A program made the translations under genes and the position numbers. Below, one piece after another: positions 1 to 8,464 of a stretch of 64,000 bases of DNA. The notes beneath the pieces were generated by a model. It did not search any database, was not told where the DNA came from, and worked only from the letters and a program-made list of their open reading frames with translations. The stretch lies in contig JAJXUG010000009.1 in the NCBI GenBank assembly GCA_021783095.1, positions 28,025 to 92,024 of the forward strand. The letters run 5' to 3'. How positions within the stretch are numbered: position 1 is the first letter of the stretch; each line of letters begins with the position of its first letter. This DNA comes from Chloroflexota bacterium (lineage in GTDB: Bacteria > Chloroflexota > Limnocylindria > Limnocylindrales > CSP1-4).

Positions 1-95
1 GTTCCACGGGCCGAGTGTACGGGCTGGGGGCAGGCGGGTGCCCTCCGAGGACCAGCTGGGTGCGACGGCGTTGACGAGGGCCCCAGGGCCGGGGC

Positions 96-740
96 CTAGA
101 TGCTCCGCTTCACGGCTGCGTCCGCGAGCGCGTCGCCAGCCTCGCCGATCCGCAGGCCCACGACGTCCAGCCGCCGGATGAGGTCGCGCACCTTGAGCAG
201 CCCCACGGTCGCCTCGCCGCTCCGGTACAGCGCCGCCAGCTCGAGCTCGTACAGGCGCCGGATCTGGGCCCCCGCCCGCTTGGAGACCGAGGCGCGCTGC
301 CCGATCTGCGACGGCTCGTCCACGATCGAGCGGACGGCGTCCCGCAGCGACCCGAGGGCCAGGATCACCGCCTCGAGCAGCGGGACCAGCGCCGGCTCGA
401 CGGTCATCTCGAACAGGTCCCACTCGCGCAGGAAGTCGCGCAGGTTGTCCAGCACGTCGTCCACCAGCCGCGAGATCCGGAACAGGTCCTCGCGGTCGAT
501 CGGGGTCACCAGCGCCCGCGACAGGTCCGCGAGCAGCTCGGCGCGGAGGGCGTCGCCCTCGTGCTCGATCGCGATGATCTTCTCCCGGGCGTCCTCGCGG
601 GAGGTGATCCCGGACACGACGTCGCGAGCCAGCCTCGCGCCGGCGATCGTCGCGTCGAGGTGACCCACCAGCAGCTGCTCGAACACCCGGTTCGAGCCGC
701 CGCCCAGGTCGCGCAGCACCTTGAGGAGCGAGTAACTCAT
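96..740 (-). CDS. DUF47/PhoU-like phosphate-transport accessory protein (Pit accessory type)
   Basis: Last 214 codons of ORF 96..1181 (MSYSLLKVLRDLGG...). ATG at 738-740 overlaps the PiT stop at 737-739 (ATGA coupling). Helical PhoU/DUF47-like sequence. The upstream 147 codons of the ORF are Arg/Pro-rich and overlap PiT. Confidence 0.8.
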   Translation of the reverse strand: MSYSLLKVLRDLGGGSNRVFEQLLVGHLDATIAGARLARDVVSGITSREDAREKIIAIEHEGDALRAELLADLSRALVTPIDREDLFRISRLVDDVLDNLRDFLREWDLFEMTVEPALVPLLEAVILALGSLRDAVRSIVDEPSQIGQRASVSKRAGAQIRRLYELELAALYRSGEATVGLLKVRDLIRRLDVVGLRIGEAGDALADAAVKRSI

Positions 741-1693
741 CGAGCCCATCCTGCAACCACGGCGAACAGCGCCGCAATGACGACCGAGGCCGGAAGCGTG
801 ACGACCCAGGCGACGACGATCCGCGAAGCCTGCCCCCAGCGCACCTGGCGATAGGCGGCGCTCGCTCCCGCGCCCACCAGGGCTGCGGTTGTCGACTGCG
901 TCATGGACATGGGGGCGCCGAGCGCGGCACCGCCGAAGACCGAGAAGGCCGCGGAGATCTCTGCGATCGCGGTCTGGGCCGGGCGCGTGGGTGCAATCCC
1001 GCGCCCGAGCGCCGTTCCGTAGCGCGGGACCCCGAGGAGCGACCCGAACCCGAACAGCACCCCGATCGCGAGGAGCTCGAGCGGCTGCGGGCGGATGGTT
1101 GGGCCGACGGTCGTGGTCGCGATGGCCACCGACAGCACGGCGATCATCTTCTGGCCGTCGTTCGCCGCATAGGCGAGGCACTGGAGCAGGAATCCGCCGA
1201 CGCGCAGGATCGACAGTCGGGCGTGAAGTGGGCCACGGCGCGGCAGGGCCGGCAGCAGACTCTGGAGGACGAACGCGATCGCCCCGCTCGCGAGGGGCGC
1301 CAGTGCCCCGGCCACGAGCGTGAGCAGCACGGAGCCCCAGCCCACGGCGAGCCCGGACCCGAGGCCGACCCCCACGATCGCCCCGGTGAGCGACAGGGTG
1401 AGGCTGGTGGGCAGGCCCTGGCGCTGGAGCACGAACACGACCGCCACGGCGACCAGCACCGCGGCCAGCAGCGCCGAGCGACCGCTGTCGCCCTCGAAGG
1501 CCACGAGCCGGTGGACGAAGGTCGCCGCCACCTCCGTGCCGAGCAGCACGGGGCCAAGCGCGAGCACGACGGACAGCGTCACGAGAGCCGCCAGCGGTCT
1601 GACGAACCGGTCACCGAGGTTGAGCGCGACGAGGGCCGCGCCGTCGTTCGCTCCGCAGACGAGGGCGAATGCGAGAGCGGCCACGATCAACAC
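737..1693 (-). CDS. pit: Inorganic phosphate transporter, PiT family
   Basis: ORF 737..1951. GANDG motif occurs twice (VCGANDGAAL, AYAANDGQKM) in a polytopic membrane sequence. Start placed at GTG 1691-1693 (VLIVAALAFALVCGANDG). ATG at 1852 is the alternative but would add about 53 Arg/Pro-rich residues. Start uncertain. Confidence 0.8.
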   Translation of the reverse strand: MLIVAALAFALVCGANDGAALVALNLGDRFVRPLAALVTLSVVLALGPVLLGTEVAATFVHRLVAFEGDSGRSALLAAVLVAVAVVFVLQRQGLPTSLTLSLTGAIVGVGLGSGLAVGWGSVLLTLVAGALAPLASGAIAFVLQSLLPALPRRGPLHARLSILRVGGFLLQCLAYAANDGQKMIAVLSVAIATTTVGPTIRPQPLELLAIGVLFGFGSLLGVPRYGTALGRGIAPTRPAQTAIAEISAAFSVFGGAALGAPMSMTQSTTAALVGAGASAAYRQVRWGQASRIVVAWVVTLPASVVIAALFAVVAGWAR

Positions 1694-1873
1694 AGACAGA
1701 GCTCGGACAATCCTTGGGTCCCCTGCTGTGGTGATAGGCAGTGCACGCCCGCCGCAACCCGCCAACGAGCGGTCCTGCGGGCGATCGTCCGAGTATATGG
1801 GGGCGGCGGCAAGCGGCCGGAGCCTTGCGGTGATCCGGTTGACGCCGGTCATGGGGCAACCGGACCCGAGGGG

Positions 1874-1902
1874 TTGACAGGCCCGCGCTGCACGCCTAGG
1901 AT
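1874..1902 (+). promoter_or_regulatory. Candidate sigma70-type promoter of the ArsR-led operon (TTGACA-17 nt-TAGGAT)
   Basis: TTGACA at 1874-1879 and TAGGAT at 1897-1902 with a 17-nt spacer, about 40 nt upstream of the ArsR ATG at 1943. Confidence 0.5.
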
Positions 1903-1932
1903 CAACGCCCGTTGATATCAACTGCCGTTGAT
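1901..1932. promoter_or_regulatory. Tandem 16-bp palindromic operator pair (ATCAAC-N4-GTTGAT twice)
   Basis: ATCAACGCCCGTTGAT (1901-1916) is immediately followed by ATCAACTGCCGTTGAT (1917-1932). The pair overlaps the -10 element and sits between the divergent pit and arsR genes. Geometry fits a dimeric winged-helix (ArsR/SmtB) operator. Confidence 0.6.
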
Positions 1933-1942
1933 GTAACGGCGG

Positions 1943-2332
1943 ATGCAACACCAGGGAGCCAGCAGGCGCGTGTCACCTTCCCCGGCCCGGATCCGGAGCA
2001 CGATCGCGAGCGTCGTCGAGGTACCCGACGACCTTCGCGAGCTGCGCAAGGTCCACAAGGTGCTCGCGGACGCGAACCGCCTGCGCATCCTGCGGCGGCT
2101 GGCCGACGGGCCCGCCACCGTGAATAACCTGGTCGACGCCGTCGGCCTGTCGCAACCGCTCGTGTCGTGGCACCTGAGCAAGCTGCGCGAGGTCCACCTC
2201 GTCAGCGCCCGGCGCGTGGGCCGCGGGATCATGCACACCATCGAGCCCGAGGCGTTCGAGACCTTCGCAGCCCGCCAGTCGCGGGCGCTGGGCCTGGACG
2301 GGCAAGCGGCCCGAGGGAGGCACGACTCGTGA
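1943..2332 (+). CDS. ArsR/SmtB-family transcriptional regulator
   Basis: ORF 1943..2332. Winged-HTH signature LADANRLRILRRLADGPATVNNLVDAVGLSQPLVSWHLSKLREVHLV. Stop TGA 2330-2332 overlaps the next gene's GTG 2329-2331. Confidence 0.85.
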   Translation: MQHQGASRRVSPSPARIRSTIASVVEVPDDLRELRKVHKVLADANRLRILRRLADGPATVNNLVDAVGLSQPLVSWHLSKLREVHLVSARRVGRGIMHTIEPEAFETFAARQSRALGLDGQAARGRHDS

Positions 2333-3024
2333 GCGGAACCTTGATCTCGCCCGAGCTGCGGGCGAGGGTGAAGGGCCTGATGACCCCGATCGCGGTCGGT
2401 CTTGGCCGACTCGGCCTGACCCCGAACGCGCTCACGGTCATCGGCTTCCTGATCGCCTGCATCGCCGCGGTCGCGGCCGGGCTCCAGGCCTGGCTGGCAG
2501 CGGGGCTCCTCGTGATCTTCGGCGGCGTGTTCGACCTGTTCGACGGCGCGCTCGCGCGGGCGACGAACCGGGTGAGCAAGGTCGGCGCCTTCATGGACTC
2601 CACGTTCGACCGCTGGGGCGAGGGCGTCGTCTACGTCGGCATCACCGCAGGCGGGCTCGCCGCCGGCGTCGCTGCGATCGCGATCCTCGCCGCTGCCGCA
2701 ATGGCCTCGGCCTTCATGGTCAGCTACACCCGCGCCAAGGCCGAGAGCCTGGGCTTCGCGCCCGGCAGAGGCATGGCCAACGTCGGCCTCGCGCCCCGCG
2801 AGGTCCGGCTCGTCATCCTCACCGTCGGCCTGGTCTGGGCCGGCATCGCGGGCGTCCGCGCCGGGGAGTGCGCCAGCTCCCCGAACCTGCTCTGTTCCGG
2901 CGATGGGCCTGCGGGCACCGTCGTCCTCGAGGCCGCGCTCGGCCTGATCACCGTCCTCGCCACCATCACGACCGTCCAGCGCATCGTCGCCACGCTCCAG
3001 CAGGCCGCGGCCTCGGAGCGCTAG
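2329..3024 (+). CDS. pgsA: CDP-alcohol phosphatidyltransferase, likely phosphatidylinositol-phosphate synthase
   Basis: In-frame GTG at 2329 in ORF 2167..3024, preceded by GGGAGG (2315-2320). CDP-alcohol motif DLFDGALARATNRVSKVGAFMDSTFD. Sits directly upstream of ino1 and the PIM genes. Confidence 0.8.
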   Translation: MSGTLISPELRARVKGLMTPIAVGLGRLGLTPNALTVIGFLIACIAAVAAGLQAWLAAGLLVIFGGVFDLFDGALARATNRVSKVGAFMDSTFDRWGEGVVYVGITAGGLAAGVAAIAILAAAAMASAFMVSYTRAKAESLGFAPGRGMANVGLAPREVRLVILTVGLVWAGIAGVRAGECASSPNLLCSGDGPAGTVVLEAALGLITVLATITTVQRIVATLQQAAASER

Positions 3025-3075
3025 CCGGCGGGGCGCGCGCACCCCACGCATCCATACCCACGGAGGTCGATACCA

Positions 3076-4269
3076 GTGACCACCCCTAGCGAGAGCGCAC
3101 CCCAGACCGGGCACAAGATCCGCGTCGCGATCGTCGGCGTCGGCAACTGCGCGAGCAGCCTGATCCAGGGCCGCTACTACTACGAGAACGCGTCGGCCAC
3201 CGACTTCATCCCGGGGCTGATGCACGTCAAGCTCGGCGACTACCACATCAGCGACGTCGAGTTCGTGGCCGCCTTCGACGTCGACAAGGAGAAGGTCGGC
3301 AAGGACCTCTCCGAGGCGATCTTCTCGGGCCAGAACAACACGTACAAGTTCATGGACGTCCCGCACACGGGCGTGACCGTGGACCGCGGCATGACCCATG
3401 ACGGCCTGGGCAAGTACCTCTCGCAGGTCATCGAGAAGGCCCCCGGCCCCACGGCCGACGTGGTCGGGATCCTCAAGGAGCGCAAGGTCGACCTCGTCGT
3501 GTCCTACCTGCCGGTGGGCAGCGAGGAGGCCACGAAGTGGTACGTGGAGCAGGCGCTCGCGGCGGGCGTCGGCTTCATCAACGCCATCCCGGTGTTCATC
3601 GGGCGGGAGCCCTACTGGCAGCGGCGCTTCGCGGAGAAGGGCCTGCCGATCATCGGCGACGACATCAAGAGCCAGGTCGGCGCCACGATCAGCCACCGCG
3701 TGATGACCCGGCTGTTCATGGACCGCGGCGTCCGGCTGGACCGCACCTACCAGCTCAACTTCGGCGGCAACACGGACTTCATGAACATGCTCGAGCGCGA
3801 GCGCCTGGAGTCCAAGAAGATCTCCAAGACCAACGCGGTCACCTCGATGCTCGACTACGACATCGCGCCCGAGAACATCCACGTCGGACCGTCCGACTAC
3901 GTGCCCTGGCTCAAGGACCGCAAGTACTGCTACATCGTCATGGAGGGCACGACGTTCGGCGACGTGCCGCTCAAGGCGGAGCTCAAGCTCGAGGTCTGGG
4001 ACAGCCCCAACTCGGCGGGCGTCATCATCGACGCCATCCGCTGCCTCAAGATTGGTCTGGACCGGGGCCTCAAGGGTACCCTTGTGGCCGCGACGAGCTA
4101 CTTCATGAAGAGCCCGCCGATCCAGCTCCACGACGACATCGCCCGCGAGCGCGTCGAGGCCTTCATCCGCGGCGACGACAACGAGACGCTCGTCGGCACC
4201 GAGGAGTCGAAGGAGCACGCCAAGGCGCTGGCGACGAGCAGCAAGACGAAGGCACCCGCCAAGAAGTGA
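3076..4269 (+). CDS. ino1: myo-Inositol-1-phosphate synthase
   Basis: ORF 3076..4269. N-terminal Rossmann [18 protein letters not shown] and overall actinobacterial Ino1-type sequence. GGAGG lies upstream of the GTG start. Confidence 0.9.
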   Translation: MTTPSESAPQTGHKIRVAIVGVGNCASSLIQGRYYYENASATDFIPGLMHVKLGDYHISDVEFVAAFDVDKEKVGKDLSEAIFSGQNNTYKFMDVPHTGVTVDRGMTHDGLGKYLSQVIEKAPGPTADVVGILKERKVDLVVSYLPVGSEEATKWYVEQALAAGVGFINAIPVFIGREPYWQRRFAEKGLPIIGDDIKSQVGATISHRVMTRLFMDRGVRLDRTYQLNFGGNTDFMNMLERERLESKKISKTNAVTSMLDYDIAPENIHVGPSDYVPWLKDRKYCYIVMEGTTFGDVPLKAELKLEVWDSPNSAGVIIDAIRCLKIGLDRGLKGTLVAATSYFMKSPPIQLHDDIARERVEAFIRGDDNETLVGTEESKEHAKALATSSKTKAPAKK

Positions 4270-5351
4270 CCGAACCCAAGGAACGCAAGCTCGAGGCGCC
4301 GCACCGGCGCCTCGAGGCCACCCCTCCGCGCATCGTGGAGAAGGCGGCGGTTATCGGCTACAAGTCGATGGCCGCCGCTTTGGTGCATCTGCCGACCCGG
4401 CTGACCGTGCCGGTCATCGGCAGCTTCAACCAGCTCTCGTACCTGTTCTGGCCGAAGAAGCGGCACTTCTCGAACACCAACTTCGGCCACGTGCTGGGGC
4501 TCCCGCCCGACCATCCGCGGGTCCGCCGCTTGGCACTGCGGGCGTACCGGGAGTACGCGCGCTACATGGTCGAGATCATGCGGCTGCCCGCGCAGCCCGC
4601 CGACGACGTGGCGAAGCTGATCGCGGGCGACGGCGTGGACAGGATCGTCGACGCGTGGCGCGCCCACGGCAAGGCGATGATCGTGTGCGCCGGGCACGTG
4701 GGGAACAACGAGGCGGTCGCGGCCGGCGTGGCGTCGCGCGGCCTGCCCGCGAACGTCGTCGCCGACGACTCGGCGTTCCCCGAGATCTTCGAGATCCTGC
4801 GCCAGAACCGCGAGTCGTGGGGCGTGCACGTTGTGCCGTGGCGGAACCTGCGCGAGCTGTTCTCGATCCTGCGGCGCAAGGAGATCCTGGCGCTGCTCGT
4901 GGACTGGGGCTACCGGCCGGACGGCATCCCGGTCAAGCTGTTCGGCGCCTGGACCACGCTGCCCGCCGGTCCCGCGGTGCTCGCCGCCAAGACGGGAGCT
5001 GCCATCGCGCCCATGGAGGTCCGACGGATCACGGACGGGCGCTTCGAGGTGATCGCGGACGAGACGTTCACCGTGCCCTCATCGAACCCCGCCGACCTCC
5101 AGCGGGCCACCCAGCGGATCGCCGACGCCCTGGAGCGCACGATCGCCGCGGCACCGGTCCAGTGGTACAGCTTCAAGCCGATGTGGCCGGACAGCGATGC
5201 GGAGGCTGCCGAGCTCGAGCGCCGGGCCATGGAGATGCTCGCCGGGCGGTCCGGGATGCCGACTGGCGATGCGAATGCTGCGGCGGCCGACACGCCGGGC
5301 GCGGGCACGCCGGGCGCGGATGCCCCGGCGGCTGTCGGCGGACCGGTGTGA
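4266..5351 (+). CDS. Lysophospholipid (LPLAT/HtrB-PatA-like) acyltransferase, copy 1
   Basis: GTG 4266-4268 overlaps the ino1 stop 4267-4269, in frame with ORF 3537..5351. Sequence is LPLAT-like ([19 protein letters not shown]). The upstream part of the ORF overlaps ino1 in another frame. Confidence 0.75.
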   Translation: MTEPKERKLEAPHRRLEATPPRIVEKAAVIGYKSMAAALVHLPTRLTVPVIGSFNQLSYLFWPKKRHFSNTNFGHVLGLPPDHPRVRRLALRAYREYARYMVEIMRLPAQPADDVAKLIAGDGVDRIVDAWRAHGKAMIVCAGHVGNNEAVAAGVASRGLPANVVADDSAFPEIFEILRQNRESWGVHVVPWRNLRELFSILRRKEILALLVDWGYRPDGIPVKLFGAWTTLPAGPAVLAAKTGAAIAPMEVRRITDGRFEVIADETFTVPSSNPADLQRATQRIADALERTIAAAPVQWYSFKPMWPDSDAEAAELERRAMEMLAGRSGMPTGDANAAAADTPGAGTPGADAPAAVGGPV

Positions 5352-6409
5352 CGGGCGACCCCGGGTCCGCAGGATCCGTAGAGTCCGTGAAGCCCGCCGG
5401 GTCCGCGAAGCACGGCGGCCCTGCGTCGGGTGACCGGCCGGCGGAGCGGAAGGACGCGAGCCCGGGCACCGGCACGAGCCTCAGAGGCAGCGCCATCGTG
5501 GCTGGGACGCGGCTGCTCGGCGCGCTGCCCGAAGGCCCGCTCGTCGCAGCGGCCGAGTCGATCGGCGAGCTGTGGTACCGCGTCGCGCCTGCCAAGGCGG
5601 CGCAGGCCCGCGCGAACCTCGGCCGCGTCTGCGAGGGGCTTGCGGCGCAGGGCCGCGGGTCCTCGCTGGTGCGGCGCGCGGCCACCGACCCGGATGCCCT
5701 GGAGTTGATCGTCCGGCGTGCCTTCCGCCACGCCGCCCGCTACTACCTCGAGATGGCGCGAGTCGGGAGCCGGGACGCTGCCGACACGTTGGCGCGCATG
5801 GACATCGAGACGCCCGGCGAGGTGACCGAGGCGCTTCGGTCCGGCAAACCCGTCATCCTCACGGGGCTTCACTACGGCTCGATCGAGGTGCCCGTGCTCG
5901 TCGTGAGCGAGATGGTGGGCCACCGCGTCACCGCGCCGATGGAGATCGTCGGCGACCCGGTGCTCGCGCGGTGGTTCATGGACTCGCGGAAACGCTCGGG
6001 TGTGAACGTGGTGCCGTTGAGCGAGGCGCGTCCCGCGCTGATGGCGGCCATCAAGCGCGGCGAGTCTGTGGGCATGGTGGCGGACCGCGACCTGCTCCAC
6101 AACGGGATCATGGTGCCGTTCTTCGGGCACCCGGCGCCGCTTCCCGCCGGACCGGCGTTGCTGGCGGTCGAGACGGGGCTGCCCATCTACGCCGGCTCGG
6201 CAAGGCGGGCTCCGCACCTGCGCTACCGCGGCAAGCTGATCCAGATCCCGACCGACGCCAGGGGGCGCCTGCGCGAGCGCGTCACCACCATCACCACCGA
6301 GATGGCCAAGGTGTTCGAGACGCTGCTGGCCGACGGCCCCGAGCAGTGGTTCGGGGCCTTCCACCCGATCTGGCCCGACCTGGCCATCACCGAAGGGGAT
6401 GACGCGTGA
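5348..6409 (+). CDS. Lysophospholipid (LPLAT/PatA-like) acyltransferase, copy 2
   Basis: GTG 5348-5350 overlaps the previous stop 5349-5351, in frame with ORF 4655..6409. Paralogous layout (GLHYGSIEVP, MVADRDLLHNG). Confidence 0.75.
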   Translation: MTGDPGSAGSVESVKPAGSAKHGGPASGDRPAERKDASPGTGTSLRGSAIVAGTRLLGALPEGPLVAAAESIGELWYRVAPAKAAQARANLGRVCEGLAAQGRGSSLVRRAATDPDALELIVRRAFRHAARYYLEMARVGSRDAADTLARMDIETPGEVTEALRSGKPVILTGLHYGSIEVPVLVVSEMVGHRVTAPMEIVGDPVLARWFMDSRKRSGVNVVPLSEARPALMAAIKRGESVGMVADRDLLHNGIMVPFFGHPAPLPAGPALLAVETGLPIYAGSARRAPHLRYRGKLIQIPTDARGRLRERVTTITTEMAKVFETLLADGPEQWFGAFHPIWPDLAITEGDDA

Positions 6410-7212
6410 CCGAGGATTCGCTCGAGCGGCTTGGGCGGGCCGACCTCCACGTCCACACCTGGGCATCGGACGGCACGGCGTCCGTGGTGGACGTGCTGGA
6501 GCACGTCGAGGCCACCGGGTTCCTCGACGTGGTCGCCATCGCCGACCACGAGCGGATCGACGCAGGGCTGGCGGGTCGCGAGATCGCCCGTGATCGAGGA
6601 ATGAACGTGGCGGTCATCGTGGGCGAGGAGATCACCACCCGGGGCGGCCACCTGCTCGGCCTGTTCCTGGAGCGCCCGGTGCCGCCCTGGAAGAGCCTCC
6701 GCTGGTCGATCGAGGCGGTGCACGACCAGGGCGGTATCGCGATCCCGGCGCATCCGTTCGCGCCCGTCCACATCTGCGCGCAGGGCTTCTCCCTGCGCCC
6801 CCTGGTGACCTCGGACGACCCGGCGGTTCGACCCGACGCGCTCGAGACCTTCAACCCCACCGCGCTTGGCAAATGGGGCCACCGCGCCAGCGTCAGGTTC
6901 GCGAAGGAGCACGGGTTGGCCGAGGTGGGCAACAGCGACGCCCACACCAACGTCGCCATCGCCTCGGGCTGGTCGACGTTCCCGGGCCGGACGCCCGACG
7001 AGTTGCGCGCCGCGATCGCCGCCGGCACCACAGCGCCCCATGGCTCGTTCCACGGCTCACTCGGCCAGATCGGGGTCTACCGGCGCCAACTGTCCAAGTA
7101 CGCGCGCGACTTCGCGGCCGACACCAACGGGCGGATCCGCCGCAACGGGACGGGCCGCGACCTCGGGTATCCCGGCGGCACCGAGCGTCCGCCCCGGTTC
7201 CGCGCGGGGTAG
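6406..7212 (+). CDS. PHP-domain metal-dependent phosphoesterase
   Basis: ORF 6406..7212. PHP motifs ADLHVHTWASDG, IADHE, IAIPAHP and GNSDAH. The GTG start overlaps the upstream stop by 4 nt. Confidence 0.8.
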   Translation: MTEDSLERLGRADLHVHTWASDGTASVVDVLEHVEATGFLDVVAIADHERIDAGLAGREIARDRGMNVAVIVGEEITTRGGHLLGLFLERPVPPWKSLRWSIEAVHDQGGIAIPAHPFAPVHICAQGFSLRPLVTSDDPAVRPDALETFNPTALGKWGHRASVRFAKEHGLAEVGNSDAHTNVAIASGWSTFPGRTPDELRAAIAAGTTAPHGSFHGSLGQIGVYRRQLSKYARDFAADTNGRIRRNGTGRDLGYPGGTERPPRFRAG

Positions 7213-7221
7213 GCTTCCCGC

Positions 7222-8409
7222 GTGAAGATCGGCCTCGTCTCGCCCTACGTGTACCCGCTCCCGGGCGGCGTCACCCAGCACGTCCGGTACTTGTACGAGA
7301 ACCTCCGGCTGCGCGGCCACGACGTCCGCATCATCACGTCCTCGCACGGCCTCCAGCGCTCGTCAGAGGGCGACGTCATCCGCCTCGGCAAGGGCTTCTC
7401 GATGCCGGCCAACGGCTCGATGGGGACGATCACGGTCTCGCCCCGGTTCCTGAGCCAGGTGCACGCGATCCTGGAGCGCGAGCGCTTCGACCTGCTCCAC
7501 TTCCACGAGCCGTTCGTGCCGTTCCTGTCGCCGGTCGTGCTCCGGCTCTCGGACAGCGTCAACATCGGCACCTTCCACGCCTACGGGGGCTGGTCGCCCG
7601 CCTATGAGTTTGGCAGCCGCGTCCTCCGGGGCGACGCGGCCCGGCTGCACGGGCGGATCGCGGTGTCGGCGGCGGCGCGCCACTTCATCGACCGCTACTT
7701 CCCGGGCGACTACAAGGTGATCCCCAACGGCGTCGACGCCGATCGGTACGGTCGAGCGGTGCCGCTGGCCCGCTGGAGGGACGGCACGCCGAACATCCTG
7801 TTCGTCGGGCGGTTCGAGCCGCGCAAGGGCGTGCTCGACCTGCTCAAGGCCTACCGCCAGATCCGCAAGGACGGCGTCGAGGCGAGGCTCCTGATGGTGG
7901 GCGGCGGCCCGCAGGAGCGCGAGGCGCGCCGCTACGTGGCGACGCGGCGGCTCAGCGGCGTGGAGTTCCTGGGCCGCGTCTCCGACGACGAGAAGCTCCA
8001 GTTGTTCCGAACCGCAGACGTCTACACCTCGCCTGCCACCGGCCGGGAGTCGTTCGGCATCGTGCTGCTCGAGGCCATGGCCGCGGGCGCGCCGATCGTG
8101 GCCTCGGACATCCACGGCTACAAGGGCGTGGTCCGGCGGGGCCGAGAGGCGCTGCTGGTGCCGCCGCACGAGCCCAAGGAGCTCGCCGCCGCGATCGAGC
8201 GGCTGCTGGGCGACCGTGAGCTGGCCGCGCACATGTCGGCGAACGGGCTGGTGCGCGCCGAGGAGTTCTCCTGGCCGCGGGTGACCGCCAAGGTGGACGA
8301 CTACTACGGCTTCGTGATCCGTCGCCTCGCCGCCGCCGGGCAGCTCCCGGCTGGGTTCCACGCCGAGGTGCCGCAGTCGCCGCGGATCGGGGTGGGCCCA
8401 GCGGGCTGA
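7222..8409 (+). CDS. pimA: GT4 glycosyltransferase, PimA-like phosphatidylinositol mannosyltransferase
   Basis: ORF 7222..8409. N-terminus MKIGLVSPYVYPLPGGVTQHV resembles mycobacterial PimA. GT-B C-terminal E-x7-E region (ESFGIVLLEAMAAG). Lies in a PI/PIM gene context. Confidence 0.75.
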   Translation: MKIGLVSPYVYPLPGGVTQHVRYLYENLRLRGHDVRIITSSHGLQRSSEGDVIRLGKGFSMPANGSMGTITVSPRFLSQVHAILERERFDLLHFHEPFVPFLSPVVLRLSDSVNIGTFHAYGGWSPAYEFGSRVLRGDAARLHGRIAVSAAARHFIDRYFPGDYKVIPNGVDADRYGRAVPLARWRDGTPNILFVGRFEPRKGVLDLLKAYRQIRKDGVEARLLMVGGGPQEREARRYVATRRLSGVEFLGRVSDDEKLQLFRTADVYTSPATGRESFGIVLLEAMAAGAPIVASDIHGYKGVVRRGREALLVPPHEPKELAAAIERLLGDRELAAHMSANGLVRAEEFSWPRVTAKVDDYYGFVIRRLAAAGQLPAGFHAEVPQSPRIGVGPAG

Positions 8410-8456
8410 GGAGCCACGTGCGGGCCCGCGTAAGCATCTCGTCCCCGGGGCTCCTC
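8408..8456. terminator. Possible bidirectional stem-loop between convergent genes
   Basis: GAGGAGCC (8408-8415) pairs with GGCTCCTC (8449-8456). An internal GCGGGCCCGC palindrome is present. No U-tract. Confidence 0.3.
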
Positions 8457-8464
8457 GCCTGGCG

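Noticed and set aside
79-96. Hairpin GGCCCC-N6-GGGGCC just past the DUF47 stop as a terminator
   Set aside because: The stem is only 6 bp with no U-tract, it overlaps the stop codon, and it sits at the window edge. The evidence is too weak to call.
1918-4218. 766-aa minus-strand ORF covering arsR, the PIP synthase gene and ino1
   Set aside because: It is antisense to three genes with clear family signatures. The translation is Arg/Ala/Gly-rich with no motifs. This is a typical high-GC antisense open frame.
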